Assembly (NCBI RefSeq): GCF_004010195.1
Contig: NC_057718.1
Location: forward strand, 91,411,145-91,475,144
Direction: 5' to 3'
DNA: 64,000 bases
Origin: Chiloscyllium plagiosum
Lineage: Eukaryota
The notes under the pieces were generated by a model. It worked only from the letters and a program-made list of their open reading frames with translations. It was not told where the DNA came from and did not search any database. The translations under genes and the position numbers were made by a program. Each line of letters opens with the position of its first letter. The stretch's first letter is position 1. Below are positions 26,165 through 38,380 of this stretch, in pieces.

Positions 26165-26460
26165 AATTCAGAGACCAAGGTAATGTTCTGGGAGAGGGTT
26201 CGAGCTCCACCCTGGCAGATGGTAGAATTTGAACATCTGGAATTAAGAGTCTAATGACCATGAAACAATTGGCGATTGTGGGGAAACCCCTTTTGGCTCA
26301 GGGAAGGAAATCTGCTGACCTTCCCTGCTCTGGCCTACATGTGACTCCAGACCCATAGTAATGTGGGTGACTCTTAACTGCCCCCTGGGCAATTAGGGAC
26401 GGGCAATAAATGCTGGCCTGGGTAAGGAGGTCACACACATCCTGTGAATGAATATTTAAA
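26165..26460 (+). mobile_element. SINE-like repeat (related copy at ~28430-28690)
   Basis: B-box-like ggttcgagctcc, shared core 'agggaaggaaat..gcc.tcc..tctggcctacatgtgactccaga', LINE-like tail gggcaataaatgctggcc. Confidence 0.6.
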
Positions 26461-28100
26461 AAGTGAATCTTCAAACCGGAATCAATTACACCAGAAATCA
26501 CTTTACAGCTGTGACTGACTTCTCTTACTTCACATTTAAAAGCTGTTGCCTGGATAATTTTTTAAAAATCCAGTGATGGTGATTATTTTCAAGTCCCCGT
26601 ATTGTTTTGCCTTTTACACTTGCTGACTGTTTAAGTGGGGCAAGGGATAATGAGATTGTATGTACGCCCCATTTCAATAATTCCAAGCGATGGTTCACTG
26701 GAGCGGGCCTTCCAGCTCGCAATCTCCAAAGAGCATCGATTGACCTGAGTCTCTCTGGACGAACCCCATTTGGGTATTTCCCGTCGGCTTAAATGTTTAG
26801 CTATAACCCCTGTGAGCGCTGACTGAAGGCGACACGTGGAGATTTATTAACAGATCGGAAAGAGTCCCGTGGAGTTTCAGATTCCCCAAATGTGAATGTT
26901 CTCTTTAAAAAAAAACAAATGTTTCTGCCGTTTTCCAACACTTTTACAATGAAATGACATTGTCCTTTCGGGAACATGTCACCGAAGATGGGCTTTACCG
27001 TTCATTCTGGAATTAAAAAATAAAACTGGGCATTATTTAGATCAAGGTAGATAGAATATTTCCGAAGGAATAAAAGTTTCGCTTTCAAATGGGGGGGGGG
27101 GGGGGGGGGGTGCATTTGTAATCAACTAGTACCGTTACATTTTGTACATGTATTGGTAATATTTGTCAGCAGACAGGCGGCTGGGGTGTTTGTTCTTGTG
27201 ATGAATGTGGAAAGGTCTCTGACAGATGTAGATCTTCCTGTTGGGATCGGTGTGTGGCCTTCCAGCCTGTGGGTTGGGTTTCTCTCTCTCTCTCTCTCTC
27301 TTTCTGAGTTTGTCGCTGGGCTGTGTGCACACGGCTGGTGGTGATAAGGCAAGTCCGGGTGTGTACTTTACTAAAAGGAGCCTTAAGCCACATAGCAACC
27401 TGCAGCTGTATGTTAATGAGCGTGTGTGTGCAGTGGAGCCGCCTCACAATCCAAACACCGTCTCTCTGACCAGTAACGCCCCTCGAGAAACCAAAAATCC
27501 CCTCCCCAGAAACGGACAGCAAAAAAAGAGATAAAATCCCCATCTCCTCTCGAGAACGCGGCACAAACAGTTTCACGAAGACGGTGTAGATTTTAGGTTG
27601 AGAATTTGATCAAAACGCGCCGAGCGAAATCACCTCAACAAGTAGTCAACCAACATCCACGGTATGGAGCAGGAAAATAAAGTCTTAACTCAGAGCTTTC
27701 TCTGAAAACCTGAGAGGTAATAACTAATGGACCGCTGTATTGAATGAAAACCCGCCCGATTAGGCTGCATTTATCTCGCTTAATTCTCCCCCACCTTGTT
27801 TTTTTTAACCATATTGGATTCCCCAAGTGTTTGTACCAGGGAGAAACATTGTCCGTGTGTAGATTGTATTGGGAGGTGGACGCTGATTTCAAAGCAAAGG
27901 TGATCACTGGAAGTTACAGAGAAAACATACCAGTGCAGAAGACTTAATATTCCCATTTGCTAAGACCCCAAAGTGGAGCATTTTCCACTTTTAAATCCGG
28001 TTCCAACCGAAAGGCAGATTGCCCAGCGCGAACATGGTCTGCACTGAACAGGTTCAATTCAATCCGTTTTTAAAATCGGTTGATTTTTTTTATTGCGTCA

Positions 28101-28282
28101 AGATTAGAGTGGTGCTGGAAAAGCACAGCAGGTCAGGCAGCATCCGAAGAGCAGGAGAATCGATGTTTCGGGCAAAAGCCCTTTCCTATGCTCCTTGGAT
28201 GCTGCCTGGCCTGCTGTGCTTTTCCAGCACCACTCTAATCTTGACTCTAATCTCAAGCATTTTCAGTACCCATTTTCGCCTA
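28101..28282. mobile_element. Short fold-back Penelope-derived element
   Basis: agattagagtggtgctggaaaagcacagcagg... is mirrored by ...cctgctgtgcttttccagcaccactctaatct; partial minus-strand hammerhead near 28160-28183. Confidence 0.7.
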
Positions 28283-28988
28283 GTTGATATTATTTTTGCC
28301 CCAAAACTTGCCCAGTGCGAATTAAAAACAAGGATAAAAACGCCACCATTAGTTCTGAGGGTCACTGGACCCCGAAACGTTAACTCTGCTGAGTTCCTCC
28401 AGCATTTTCTGTTTTTGTTTCTGATCTATCGGGGAGGCAATGTCCTAGTGGTATTATCGCTAGACTCTTCATTCAGACACCCAGATCATGTCTTGGGCAG
28501 AGGGTGAAATTTGAATTTAATAAAAATCTGGAAGTTAGCTTCCTAATGATTTCCAATTGTTGGGTAAATCCCATCTGGTTCACTAATGTACTTTAGGGAA
28601 GGAAATTGCCATCCTTCCCTGGTCTGGCCTACATGTGATTCCAGATGAACAGTAAATGATGGCCTAGCCAGCTTAGCCCACAAATGAATAAGAAAGTGAA
28701 CATTTCCAGCTCTTCCGATTGTTTTTTTTTTAAAGTCGGATGTTTTCCTGCGGTTAAATTGAGCCAGGGTGTGAGAGGGAGTAAATTCAAGGTAAAATGT
28801 CCTTACTGTTTGGAAACGCAATGGATTCCAATTCCAAAGCCCCACAGAGATACAATCATAAGAATCAACAAAACAAGTTTAGGTACGCTTTCCATTTAAG
28901 GACGCAGCCCCTTAAAATTAGACGTTGAGATTTTTTAAAAGTGTCAATATCTGAAATGAACGATACAAGTTGGAAATATCTCATTTGT

Positions 28989-29420
28989 CTTTTTTTATTT
29001 CAAATATATACTTTATTCATAAAAATCTATTTGCATAGGTACATTGTCACAAAAGCAGGTCGGATCTGTGCAGTTGCATATCAAATAAATAAACAAAACA
29101 TTGGACTTGGACTCTAACCGTTAAAAAAAAGTCAACTCCTAGATTTTTATTTCAAAAATATACTTTATTCATAAAACAAATCTCTGTTTATATACATTGT
29201 CACAAAAGCAGTTCGGTTCTGTACAGTTGCATAAAAAGTAAACAAACAAAACACTGGACTCTGTCTCCATCCACACAAAAAAAGTCAAGTCCACAGCCAG
29301 TACCAATATTCACACACACCTGAGGCACCAGGAGGCTCCCACAACCGAACAGAACCCCATTTACTATCAACAGGAAGACCCCTCCCCTCAGCGGCGCATC
29401 TTTATTGGACTTGGGAGGGG
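28989..29420 (-). mobile_element. Two tandem 3' ends of a poly(A)-type LINE (Tx1/L1-like)
   Basis: 28989-29138 and 29143-29291 are diverged direct repeats; the minus strand ends atgaataaagtatatttgaaataaaaaa. Confidence 0.55.
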
Positions 29421-30889
29421 AAGCGGAGCCCCTGGATACTGTCAAGAATTTAATCAAAACAATGAAAGCGGTTCTCTGTTTAATGAACGTCAAGTGGACA
29501 ATGCACGCTTTGGTCTAAACTAACCAGTGTTTTATTTCTGTTCACCCCCCCCCCCCCCCCCCAGCATAAATCCCTGCAAGATTCGGATTTGCTGTGCAAT
29601 TATCTTAATTTGTCCAGCAGCTTTATGCTAATATCCTCTCCACAATAGCCAGTCGTTCGCGTGCTTTTCAATCTCCTGGTCAAAAGAGAGATGAAAGTAA
29701 ATCATATCAACAGCGACGGGCGCAGCCAAAACAACCAGGAGACACACTCCCTACACCATTCAATTATTCAGCACCACAACAAAAAAAACGACACATCTCC
29801 ACATCTTTTATGCACCATTCCTCCCTCCCTCCCTCCCTCTGTATTTTCTTTCCTCTTTACAGCGGCCGTTCGCTGAGTGGATGAGCATTTAGTCCCGGAG
29901 CAAAATAAGCGCCGCCGAGGCTAACCATTTCCACATTGATTTGGGGATTTTTTTTTTTAACGTGTAGAGGGGACGCCTCTTCTGATAGAATTCTGATAGA
30001 AGCTGTCGCGGAATCAGAGATCCCCCCATCCCTTATAGAAACGTCAACATTTAAAGAACAGCGGATGTTGTAAAATCAGAAACAAAAACAGAAGTCGCTG
30101 GGAAAGCTCAGCGGGTCCGACAACATGCTGTGTGTTTCTGTTTCAACTTTTCCTTCACGTGTGGCCAGAGTCGTAGGGTGGAGAGGGGGCGGGGGGGGGG
30201 GGGAGTATTCCTGCGATTTTTCAGAATAAAATCCTGCCGCAGCCACAACTAATCTGAGGAAATCTAACAGCGAGAGATGGGGGGAACAATCACAGCTGAT
30301 GATGAATGTGGCAGTCATCCAGAAAGGTTAAACATTAACCTTCTCACAAAGATACACAACGAGAGGAAACTTGGTGAATTATGTTTATGAGTGATACCGA
30401 GAGTGAGTTGAGCCGCGGGTGGACATAAAGGCGACTCCCTGTAATCGGGACTCCTGCCTTTTCTCCACCCCCGTTGTTTTGGGCTCGTGTTGAAATGGCC
30501 TGGGGGTTAATTTCATTCACAAAAGCCCCGGGCGGGCTGGGGTGGGAGAAGGCTATGGATAAGAAGCTTTCTTTTTGTGTGTGTGTGAGTGTACTGCTGC
30601 TGTCCCCCCGCCTCCCTGGGTTCCCGCAGCAGTCTCCCCGCTGCTGCTGATGGACGGCCCCAGTTGGCAGTTCTCCGATTGCCAGCGGACACTCACAAAG
30701 AGCGGACGCGTGTCGGGGCCGAGAGGGGAGGAGCTGGGCGTGTGGCAGCCGCCCCCAGGGAGAGAGGAACACACACACACATCCAAACCGAGCAACCCAT
30801 ACCCATAGACAGGCTCACAGCTGCTCAGTCCCTATCCACCGCGGCCCGTCACAGAGAGAATATTCACCTGACCGAGGGCAGGACATGTA

Positions 30890-31230
30890 TGTGTGAGAGA
30901 TGAGAATGTATGTGGGGTGATGTCTGTGTCTGTGTGAGGCTGGTGTTAATGTGTGAGGGTAATGTTGGTGGGGGTAATGTCTGTGTGTGAGGCTAGTGTT
31001 AATGTGTGAGGGTAATGTTGGTGGGGGTAATGTCTGTGTGAGGTCAATGTGGGTATGTGAGTGAGAGAAGATAGTGTTTGTGTGTGAGTATGGGGAAATG
31101 TTTGTGGGAGGTGGGGTTGAGTGTGTGTGTTATTATGGGGTAATGTTCAAAAGTGTGTGAGGATTAACTGCGGTTTTGGGGATAATGTTTGTGAGTGTGT
31201 GTATGTGTGAGAGCAGTGTGTGTCTGTGTA
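30890..31230. repeat. TG/GT-rich degenerate simple repeat containing a ~52-bp duplication
   Basis: 'gtgtgaggct.gtgttaatgtgtgagggtaatgttggtgggggtaatgtct' occurs twice, among (tg)n runs. Confidence 0.75.
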
Positions 31231-31884
31231 GGGGAGTGAGGAGAGATTATAGGCTCCGTTGGGAACACTCTCAAACAGCAATATTCTTGGGTTGGGGTGG
31301 GGGAGAGAAAGGGAGAGAGAGAGAGAAAATCTTATCATTCACCCGGAATTATGACGACTGTAATTTAAATCGAGATTCTGGTCAGAACAATGGAAGTTTA
31401 AATGTTCCTAACAGATAAATAACAGGCATAAGGACGATGCAAACTCTTCAACTGCCGCTTTCCAGAAGACTCAAAAATCTCCGCTTTATTTTCTCCTCCC
31501 CCACCCCCACAAACATAGGTTTCCCTTTAACCTGCGAGTTTTAGGATGTCCTTTCCCTGCCCCTTACACTGCCTCAACTCCAAATCTGTTGACAAGCGAG
31601 AGGCACAGAAAAGTCTCTTTAGAATGGAACCGCATGTGCGGAATCAGATATTGGGAATCATCGTTCCTAAATAAAAGACACATTTAGAGTGGAACCATGC
31701 AAAAGTAAAATTACCCTTTAAACGGGGACTGGAGAAATGTTTCACAGTGGAATACTGGCCTTGTTCAATGATTTCTTTGGGTCGACTGTATCATGAAGGG
31801 TTCCGGATTCTCATCAGATATGAGTGGGGCCGCCTTCGGCCCTTCGAATTTGATGTGTGGGGCTTGGAGAGAATAATTTCCACT

Positions 31885-32480
31885 CATGTTGTGTGTCTTT
31901 GGGTCCTGTGACCGTATGTCTGTGTGAATTGATGCCTGTATGTTTCGCCGTCCATGAGTCACGTTTCCGTCTGTTGTGTCTCCTGAGTCTGTGTGCCCAG
32001 TCTCTTTGCGACTCTATGTCTGCCTGTGTCAGTCTGAGTCTTTGTGTCACTCAATGTGTCTTGCGTCTCTCTGAGTCTGTCTACGTGTGTGCGTCTGAGA
32101 CTTTTTGAGTCTTTGTATCTCTCTGAGGCTTGTGTGTGTCTGAATCTGAGTCTGTGTCTCTGAGCCTGTGTCTTTGAGTCTGTGCATCTCTCTCAGTCGA
32201 TGTGGCTCTCTGTCCCTGTGTGTCTCCCTCTCTATGAGTGTCATCGGTGCAGAAAGAGGTTCAACTGCCGCACACCGGTGCAGCTGTGAGCCTGTTTGCG
32301 TCTGTGTGTGTCTCTCTCTGTCTGAGTCTGTGTGTCTCTCTATTTGAGTCTGTGTGTGTCTCTCTCTGTCTGAGTCTGTGTGTCTCTCTATTTGAGTCTG
32401 TGTGTGTGTCTCTCTGAGTCTGTGTGTCTCTCTCTCTGACTGAGTCTGTGTCTACATCTTCTCTCTGCATCTCTCTCTCC
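31885..32480. repeat. (TG/TC) compound microsatellite upstream of INSM1
   Basis: Repeated gagtctgtgtgtctctct units. Confidence 0.8.
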
Positions 32481-32609
32481 CTCCCAACACAACACAGCAC
32501 ACCTCAGTCCCTGCACATCAAATCTGCTTACTGATAGTGGAAAAACTGGGTATGGGGATGGGCGATGGGGGGGGGGGGGGTGGTGGAGAGAGAGAGAGAG
32601 AGACAGACT

Positions 32610-32760
32610 CGGCCTTCCATTGGCTGGGCTCCAGCTTTCCGCGCTTGTGATTGGCCGAGGGAGGCCACTCGGCCAGCGGTGGTGGAAGGAGGGGGTGGGG
32701 GTGAGGAGACTGGGAGCGGCCCCGGCCTTAAAGGGAGCGGGGGAGCGAGGGCAGGGGGAG
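32610..32760 (+). promoter_or_regulatory. Putative INSM1 core promoter
   Basis: Two inverted CCAAT boxes (ATTGG 32619-32623 and 32650-32654, 31 bp apart), a GC/GT box ggggtgggg near 32692-32700, and TATA-like TTAAA at 32728-32732, at the start of the CpG island. Confidence 0.6.
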
Positions 32761-33005
32761 ACAGAGAGACACAGAGAGGGAGAGAGGCGGCGGCGGTGGG
32801 GGCAGGAGGCTGGCGAGATGCCATTCACTCACCGGGCACCAGCCTCCAGATAGAAACCAGGAGAGGCTGTTTATACCCGACCCTGGCACTCACCCGCTTC
32901 GTTTATTTATTAATTTATTTATTTATTTTTAAGGAAAACAAGTGCCTTCGATTGTATTTATTATTTTTCTTATTCCTGGGTCCACCCACCCACACCCTCC
33001 CAAAG

Positions 33006-34355
33006 ATGCCCAGAGGATTCCTGGTGAAGAGAAGCAGGAAATCGACCCCGGTCTCTTACCGAATCCGCTCCGAAGATGCAGCCCCGGGGCTGGAGACTTT
33101 CCCAGCTCCGGTCTCCGGTTACCCCCGGGGTTTGTCGAGCGGGCTCCCGGCCGTGCCCCGGGAGCTGGAGCAGCCGCCGCTGCCTCTCCCGCAGCCGCCG
33201 GTGGCGCGGCCGGTGAGCCGGGAGCACGGCCCCCGCTTCCTGAGCCTGGCGTCGCCGGCGGGAGCCGAGTCTTTCCCGCAGCCGCCCGCCGCGCCCCCGC
33301 CGTTCGCCGGCGCCTTGGACCGGGCGCTGCTGCTGCTGGCGCCGGCGGACGGCCAAGCGGCTCAGCGCCTTCCCCACCATCACCCCCCCCACCCCCACCC
33401 CCACCAGCAGCACCAGCACAACAACAACAACTGCAGCAGCGTTGGAGGAGGTAGCGCCGCCCCGCAGCACAGGCAGAGCGTCAAAGCGGCCGCCCCCAAG
33501 AAAGCCAAAGCCATCAGGAAACTCAACTTCGAGGATGAGGTGACCACTTCCCCGGTGCTGGGCTTGAAGATTAAGGAGGGGCCGGTGGAGGTCAAGCCGA
33601 GGTCGGGGGCGGCAGGAGGAGGAGGGGGTGCAGCAGGAGGAGGAGGAGGAGGAGGAAAACCCCTCGGGGAGTTTATCTGCCAGCTCTGCAAGGAGGAGTA
33701 CATGGACCCCTTCTCCCTGGCGCAACATAAGTGCTCTCGCATCGTGCGGGTGGAGTACCGCTGCCCGGAGTGCGACAAGGTCTTCAGCTGCCCGGCCAAC
33801 CTGGCATCACACCGCCGCTGGCATAAACCCCGGGCCCAGACCCCCGCCACCTCCAGCCCCAAGGGGGAACCCGGCAAAGCCAGCCCCGGGGAGGCAGCCG
33901 CCAAGGAGCCCAGTGACCGGGACACCCCGAGCCCCGGCTCCGCTCCCTCCGAGTCCGGGTCCGAGGACGGTCTCTATGAGTGTCACCGGTGCAGCAAGAG
34001 GTTCCGGCGCCAGGCTTACCTGCGGAAGCACCTGCTCTCCCACCCAGGGGACCCCTACCCCCCGTTCCCCGGCGGAGGAGTGGGCGAAGCGGCCGACAAG
34101 AAGCTCCCGGCGCCCGGCCAGCTCCCCAAGGCGGGCTCCGAGTACCACCCGTGCCAACTGTGCGGCGAGACCTTCCCCAGCAAGGCGAGCCAGGAGCGCC
34201 ACCTCCGCCTGCACACCTCCGAGGTGTTCCCTTGCAAGTACTGCCCGGCCACTTTCTACAGCTCTCCTGGACTCACCAGACACATCAATAAATGCCACCC
34301 GTCAGAAAATAGGCAAGTTATCCTTCTCCAAATGCCAGTGCGCCCTGCCTGTTAG
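33006..34355 (+). CDS. INSM1: Insulinoma-associated protein 1 (SNAG-domain zinc-finger repressor), single exon, 449 aa
   Basis: N-terminal SNAG motif MPRGFLVKR; conserved [24 protein letters not shown]; five zinc fingers (first atypical C2HC); C-terminus [22 protein letters not shown]61/RALGAPA2 synteny distinguishes it from INSM2. Confidence 0.97.
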   Translation: MPRGFLVKRSRKSTPVSYRIRSEDAAPGLETFPAPVSGYPRGLSSGLPAVPRELEQPPLPLPQPPVARPVSREHGPRFLSLASPAGAESFPQPPAAPPPFAGALDRALLLLAPADGQAAQRLPHHHPPHPHPHQQHQHNNNNCSSVGGGSAAPQHRQSVKAAAPKKAKAIRKLNFEDEVTTSPVLGLKIKEGPVEVKPRSGAAGGGGGAAGGGGGGGKPLGEFICQLCKEEYMDPFSLAQHKCSRIVRVEYRCPECDKVFSCPANLASHRRWHKPRAQTPATSSPKGEPGKASPGEAAAKEPSDRDTPSPGSAPSESGSEDGLYECHRCSKRFRRQAYLRKHLLSHPGDPYPPFPGGGVGEAADKKLPAPGQLPKAGSEYHPCQLCGETFPSKASQERHLRLHTSEVFPCKYCPATFYSSPGLTRHINKCHPSENRQVILLQMPVRPAC

Positions 34356-35180
34356 AAAAGGAAGAGAGAGAGAGAGAGAGAGAGAGACGGGGGGTGACAA
34401 ACCGTGCCTTTCCTAGTTGCTACTTAGCCACATCCTGAGAGAGAGAGGAAGAGAATAAAAATCAAATCAACTTCGCTGTTGTTTTTTTAAACGCTAACGC
34501 CTTTCCGTGTACTGTACCTTCATCTCACAAACTGCACCTTTCACTCAAAACAATAACAGCTTTAATGTAGCTTTGTGATACACTGGACACATGGAGATTT
34601 TCAGTTGTCTTGAACAAAGCAGTAATTAGAACATTCCTTTAGATTAGCCACAAATGCCTTGGATTACTGATCCGAATGTTTCACCACAATGATGTAAATG
34701 CCTTAATTTTTCGAAGCTTTCCACGTTTTACCTTCAATGGGTTTGTTGCATATAATTTTACTGTCTGGATATATGTATTGATTGCTAAATGAATACATTT
34801 TTATAATTTATTCGTTTTATTTATTTATTAAAAGAAGTTATTGTGATAATATTGCATTATTTCGTTATCTATTTTGATGTTGTGTCTGTTTGGTTCAGTA
34901 GCTTATGACGTTTCCATTTTTCCCATATTTCAAACCGATCTTGATTTTGTAAACACACATGAAATTTTTTTTGGATCACTTTAAACACCATCGTTTCTGC
35001 TCCCCTCCCATCACCCACTCGTGTGAAGCTGTCGACTGCTCTTAAATTAAATGCAATCCCTTTTTCTACACAACTTATTTTCTTAACTGTTAGCTTTTAT
35101 ATCGTGGTTCCAAATGTATGTTCCCGACTGTGTTTGTTACTGGATATTTACATATATTAAAATACGTCTAAATTATCTGT
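34356..35180 (+). other. INSM1 3' UTR with poly(A) signals
   Basis: AU-rich and repeat-free; AATAAA 34454-34459 and ATTAAA 35156-35161, the latter followed by GT-rich sequence. Confidence 0.6.
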
Positions 35181-37313
35181 GGCCTTCGTGTTCATCGTTT
35201 ATTCCCGGTTACAAACAGGTTCAGTTATACGGCGGGGAGGGGGGGGGGGGTGCAGGTGTTCTCTAACCACTGGATATCTGCGCATTCCTATCTGGGAATA
35301 TATTTGGTTCCTACTCTGATTAGGCGCTATTCCATTTATTTCCACAGAAGTACGTATTATTTTGAGAGAGATATATAGACTCCATGTGGTGTGTAAAAAT
35401 ACCACTTTCTGTAAATTAAAAGTTGTAAAACAGTTTACAATGTAAAATGTGAATGTTAAGTATTTATCGTAGTAACCTGCCACACACGGCTACAGATCTG
35501 GAATCCGGTCTGAGAGACAACTATAGTGTTAGCATCACAGAGGGAGCTAAGGTTTAACAGCATCATTCTGACACAACAGGTTAAAGTGAACCGACTCTCT
35601 GCAGAAATACTTTCATCTCGAGAAGTCACAAACGCGAGGGACTTACCCAAGGCGCAACATCTGCTTTACTTTCAAAATGGTCTGGCAGAAACGGCGGCGA
35701 GAGAAACAGAAGCTGTTCCTCTCCAGAAAGGAAAGAGACAGGTTCGATTCGAAACTTAAACTCCGATTCTGTCTCCACAGGTGCTGCCAGACCTACTGAG
35801 TGTGCGGTAATTCTTGAAACGCTCTTGCCAGAATGAAAATCACTTGATATCTTCCCCTTGTCAGATTCACCAATACCCTGAAGAATCTTTCTTCACCAGA
35901 TTAATTCCGTTTACAAATACAATTAAACATTTGAGGGTAAGGTTTTTAGAATGAGTAAAATCAGTAAAACAGACTGAGGATATTTTAAAAATGATCAGAA
36001 TCGAGGGGGGAGTGGGTTGATGCCCTTGTGAGGAACTTTGATGTGGTGGTTAAAGAAAGTAGTTTAATATCGCTGACAATTGTTTAAACAGTCCCTAAAC
36101 ACGCCATTGATTTATTAATGATTTATTCATGCGACCGCGCCATCCCAATTTCAATCGCTTTCTGATTGCAGTTACTTGTTTACAATGTGGAGCATGTAGG
36201 CCGCGTCCAGAGCATCTCCGGGGAAGATATACGTCGACGCCTGAAAGCGTTTTCTCGCTGGGACCAGGAAATAATAGGATTAGGCAAGCAACCCCGGAAG
36301 AAGATATTGTAAAATGAATGATCTTTCTAAAAAAAATATGAAATCTGCAAGTTCTTAAACATTATGTCAAAATTTATTTTAAGAAAAAGATTTGAAATAC
36401 TGAAACAAAAAAAACGGGAATTGCTGGAGAAACCCAGCAGGTCTTGCAGCATCTGTGGAGAGAGAAAACATATCGACCCCAATGACCCTTCTTCAGAAAT
36501 GCTGAGTTCATCTGCAGAGAGAGGTGATTGAGTACGTTAACATCATCCGGTCTTTGTTCAACGCTGTGACTATAATTGAAGGTACATGGAGCCGCTGCAC
36601 GGATCAGTTGACTGTAAAGTTCTGTGAGACCAAATAATTCCTTTGAACTAACATCCCATAACAAAATCGCCAGCGCCCAAAAATATTTACAATAAAAGCT
36701 TCGCAAATATAGCACCTTTGGCATCTTGGGTTTGCTTATGACGCTTTGTGCCTGCCTTGTAGGATTCCTAACCCAATTGCTTTGGTTTTGCCACTTAGCG
36801 AACGTTCTCCATTAACTGGGTCGGGGATTTCCTCTTGGCTGCTTAGAAGCGCATTTTCACGGATGACTGATGGGCACAGGGTGGTCGGTCAGGGAGGACG
36901 ATGAACACCTTGCATTTCTGACGCTGGGTTCTAAACTATTTTGATGATCTTCGAAAGGATTTTAGTGACCCGGGGATTCTGGAATATTCTGAAGACGCCG
37001 TGAACTTATTTTAGTACATCGATTGACGGTTAAATGGCCAGAGGCCATGTACATAGAATTTAGCGCAAAGGAATACAACTGATACAACAAGACAAATCTA
37101 ATTTGATTTTCTTTTAGAAATGAACCCACAGGTCTCAAGTTACTGTGCAAAGGGTGTTTGGATTAAATAATAGTCGCTCGGAAAGAAGTATCAGTAACTT
37201 GCTAAAAAAATGATTTGAGTCAAACTGTTTGTTTTGACTTTAGATTTACTAACCTGGCTGCGACCTACAGTCACTGCGGTGATACATTTAGTTTCCTGAA
37301 TGACAATTTAACT

Positions 37314-37507
37314 TCAAAGTTTGTGAGAAGATTTGTAGCTCGGGTCCTCGTTGCTGTGGTTCTGTTCGCCGAGCTGGAAGTTTTTGTTGCCAACGTTTCG
37401 TCCCCTGTCTCGCTTCACGGGAGCCTCCCAAGCACTGAGGATGTCACCTAGATAGGGGACGAAACGTTTGCAACAAAAACTTCCAGCTCGGCGAACAGAA
37501 CCACGGC
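37314..37507. mobile_element. Short fold-back Penelope-derived element with perfect 12-bp TSD
   Basis: 37353-37410 is inverted relative to 37450-37507; TSD gacaatttaact at 37302-37313 and 37508-37519. Confidence 0.85.
37432..37471 (+). ncRNA. Minimal hammerhead ribozyme (family C)
   Basis: GCA-CTGAGGA-T-GTCACC-TAGATA-GGGGAC-GAAA-C-GTT-TGC: 3-bp stem I (GCA/TGC), stem II with one mismatch, GUU triplet. Confidence 0.7.
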
Positions 37508-38380
37508 GACAATTTAACTATTGCAGACCTTAAACTTGCTGCCGTTTTGAAGAGTTGCGAAAACAAAGGCTGAAGGTCAATGGATTTTTAAAAATATGGG
37601 TAAGAACGAGGAATATTAAAGAAGGATTCCTTTCAGGCCAGTGGCATTATAAGGAAAATCCATGGGTGAAGTTTATTGTTTCGAGTTAAATGGTGGTCAC
37701 GCTAGAAAGAAAGCGGATTTTCCCCATAGGTTTGCAACGACATCCTAACCCCCCTCCCCCCCCCCCCCCCCCACACACACAACCCCATTGTGTTCATGCC
37801 TTTAATGATGAGAGAACATCTTCCCAATGGGAAAGGGAGTCTATCACTGCGCTGTTGCAGTTTTCCATGTGGGAAAAATTCTCATTCCTCTTCACTGGGG
37901 ATACATCCCAAGAAATGATGAATTTTTACACACACACACATACACACAGGCGTTACCCTTTATTTTCAATACATGTAAATGGCAGTCTAAAGAAAATAGT
38001 TTTAAAAAATGTTGGTGCCCGCCCACCCCCATCTTTTGTCCATAATTGCCGGGAAGATCAATGCGAGTAATTTGCAATATGACCACTCTAGTCTTTGATT
38101 TGCATCCTGGCTCCTAATGTCGACAATAAACTGCATTTTAACTGAAAGCAATATATGAACCGAGCAAAATCCTAATCTGCAGATCCTGCTGCAAATATGC
38201 ATTATCCTTCAACAGGTGGACATTTCCTCGGGCCCAGTAAAAGACAGATTTCAATCATTTAGCACACTCGCTGCATTTAAGATTTCACAAAACAGATGAG
38301 AAATGACGCTGGGCAGAGCAGGCATCAGTTCAGGGACAATGCGAGTGTCCTGCACAGCTTCGGGTCAAATTAGTATAAAG

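Noticed and set aside
32565..33005. 147-codon N-terminal extension of the INSM1 ORF (596 aa in the ORF track)
   Set aside because: It starts upstream of the CCAAT/TATA-like elements, runs through microsatellite, and would bury the SNAG motif, which works at the extreme N-terminus; ATG 33006 is the credible start.
32388..34416. Long overlapping alternative-frame and antisense ORFs over INSM1
   Set aside because: Expected stop-codon scarcity in GC-rich DNA; low-complexity products with no recognisable domains.
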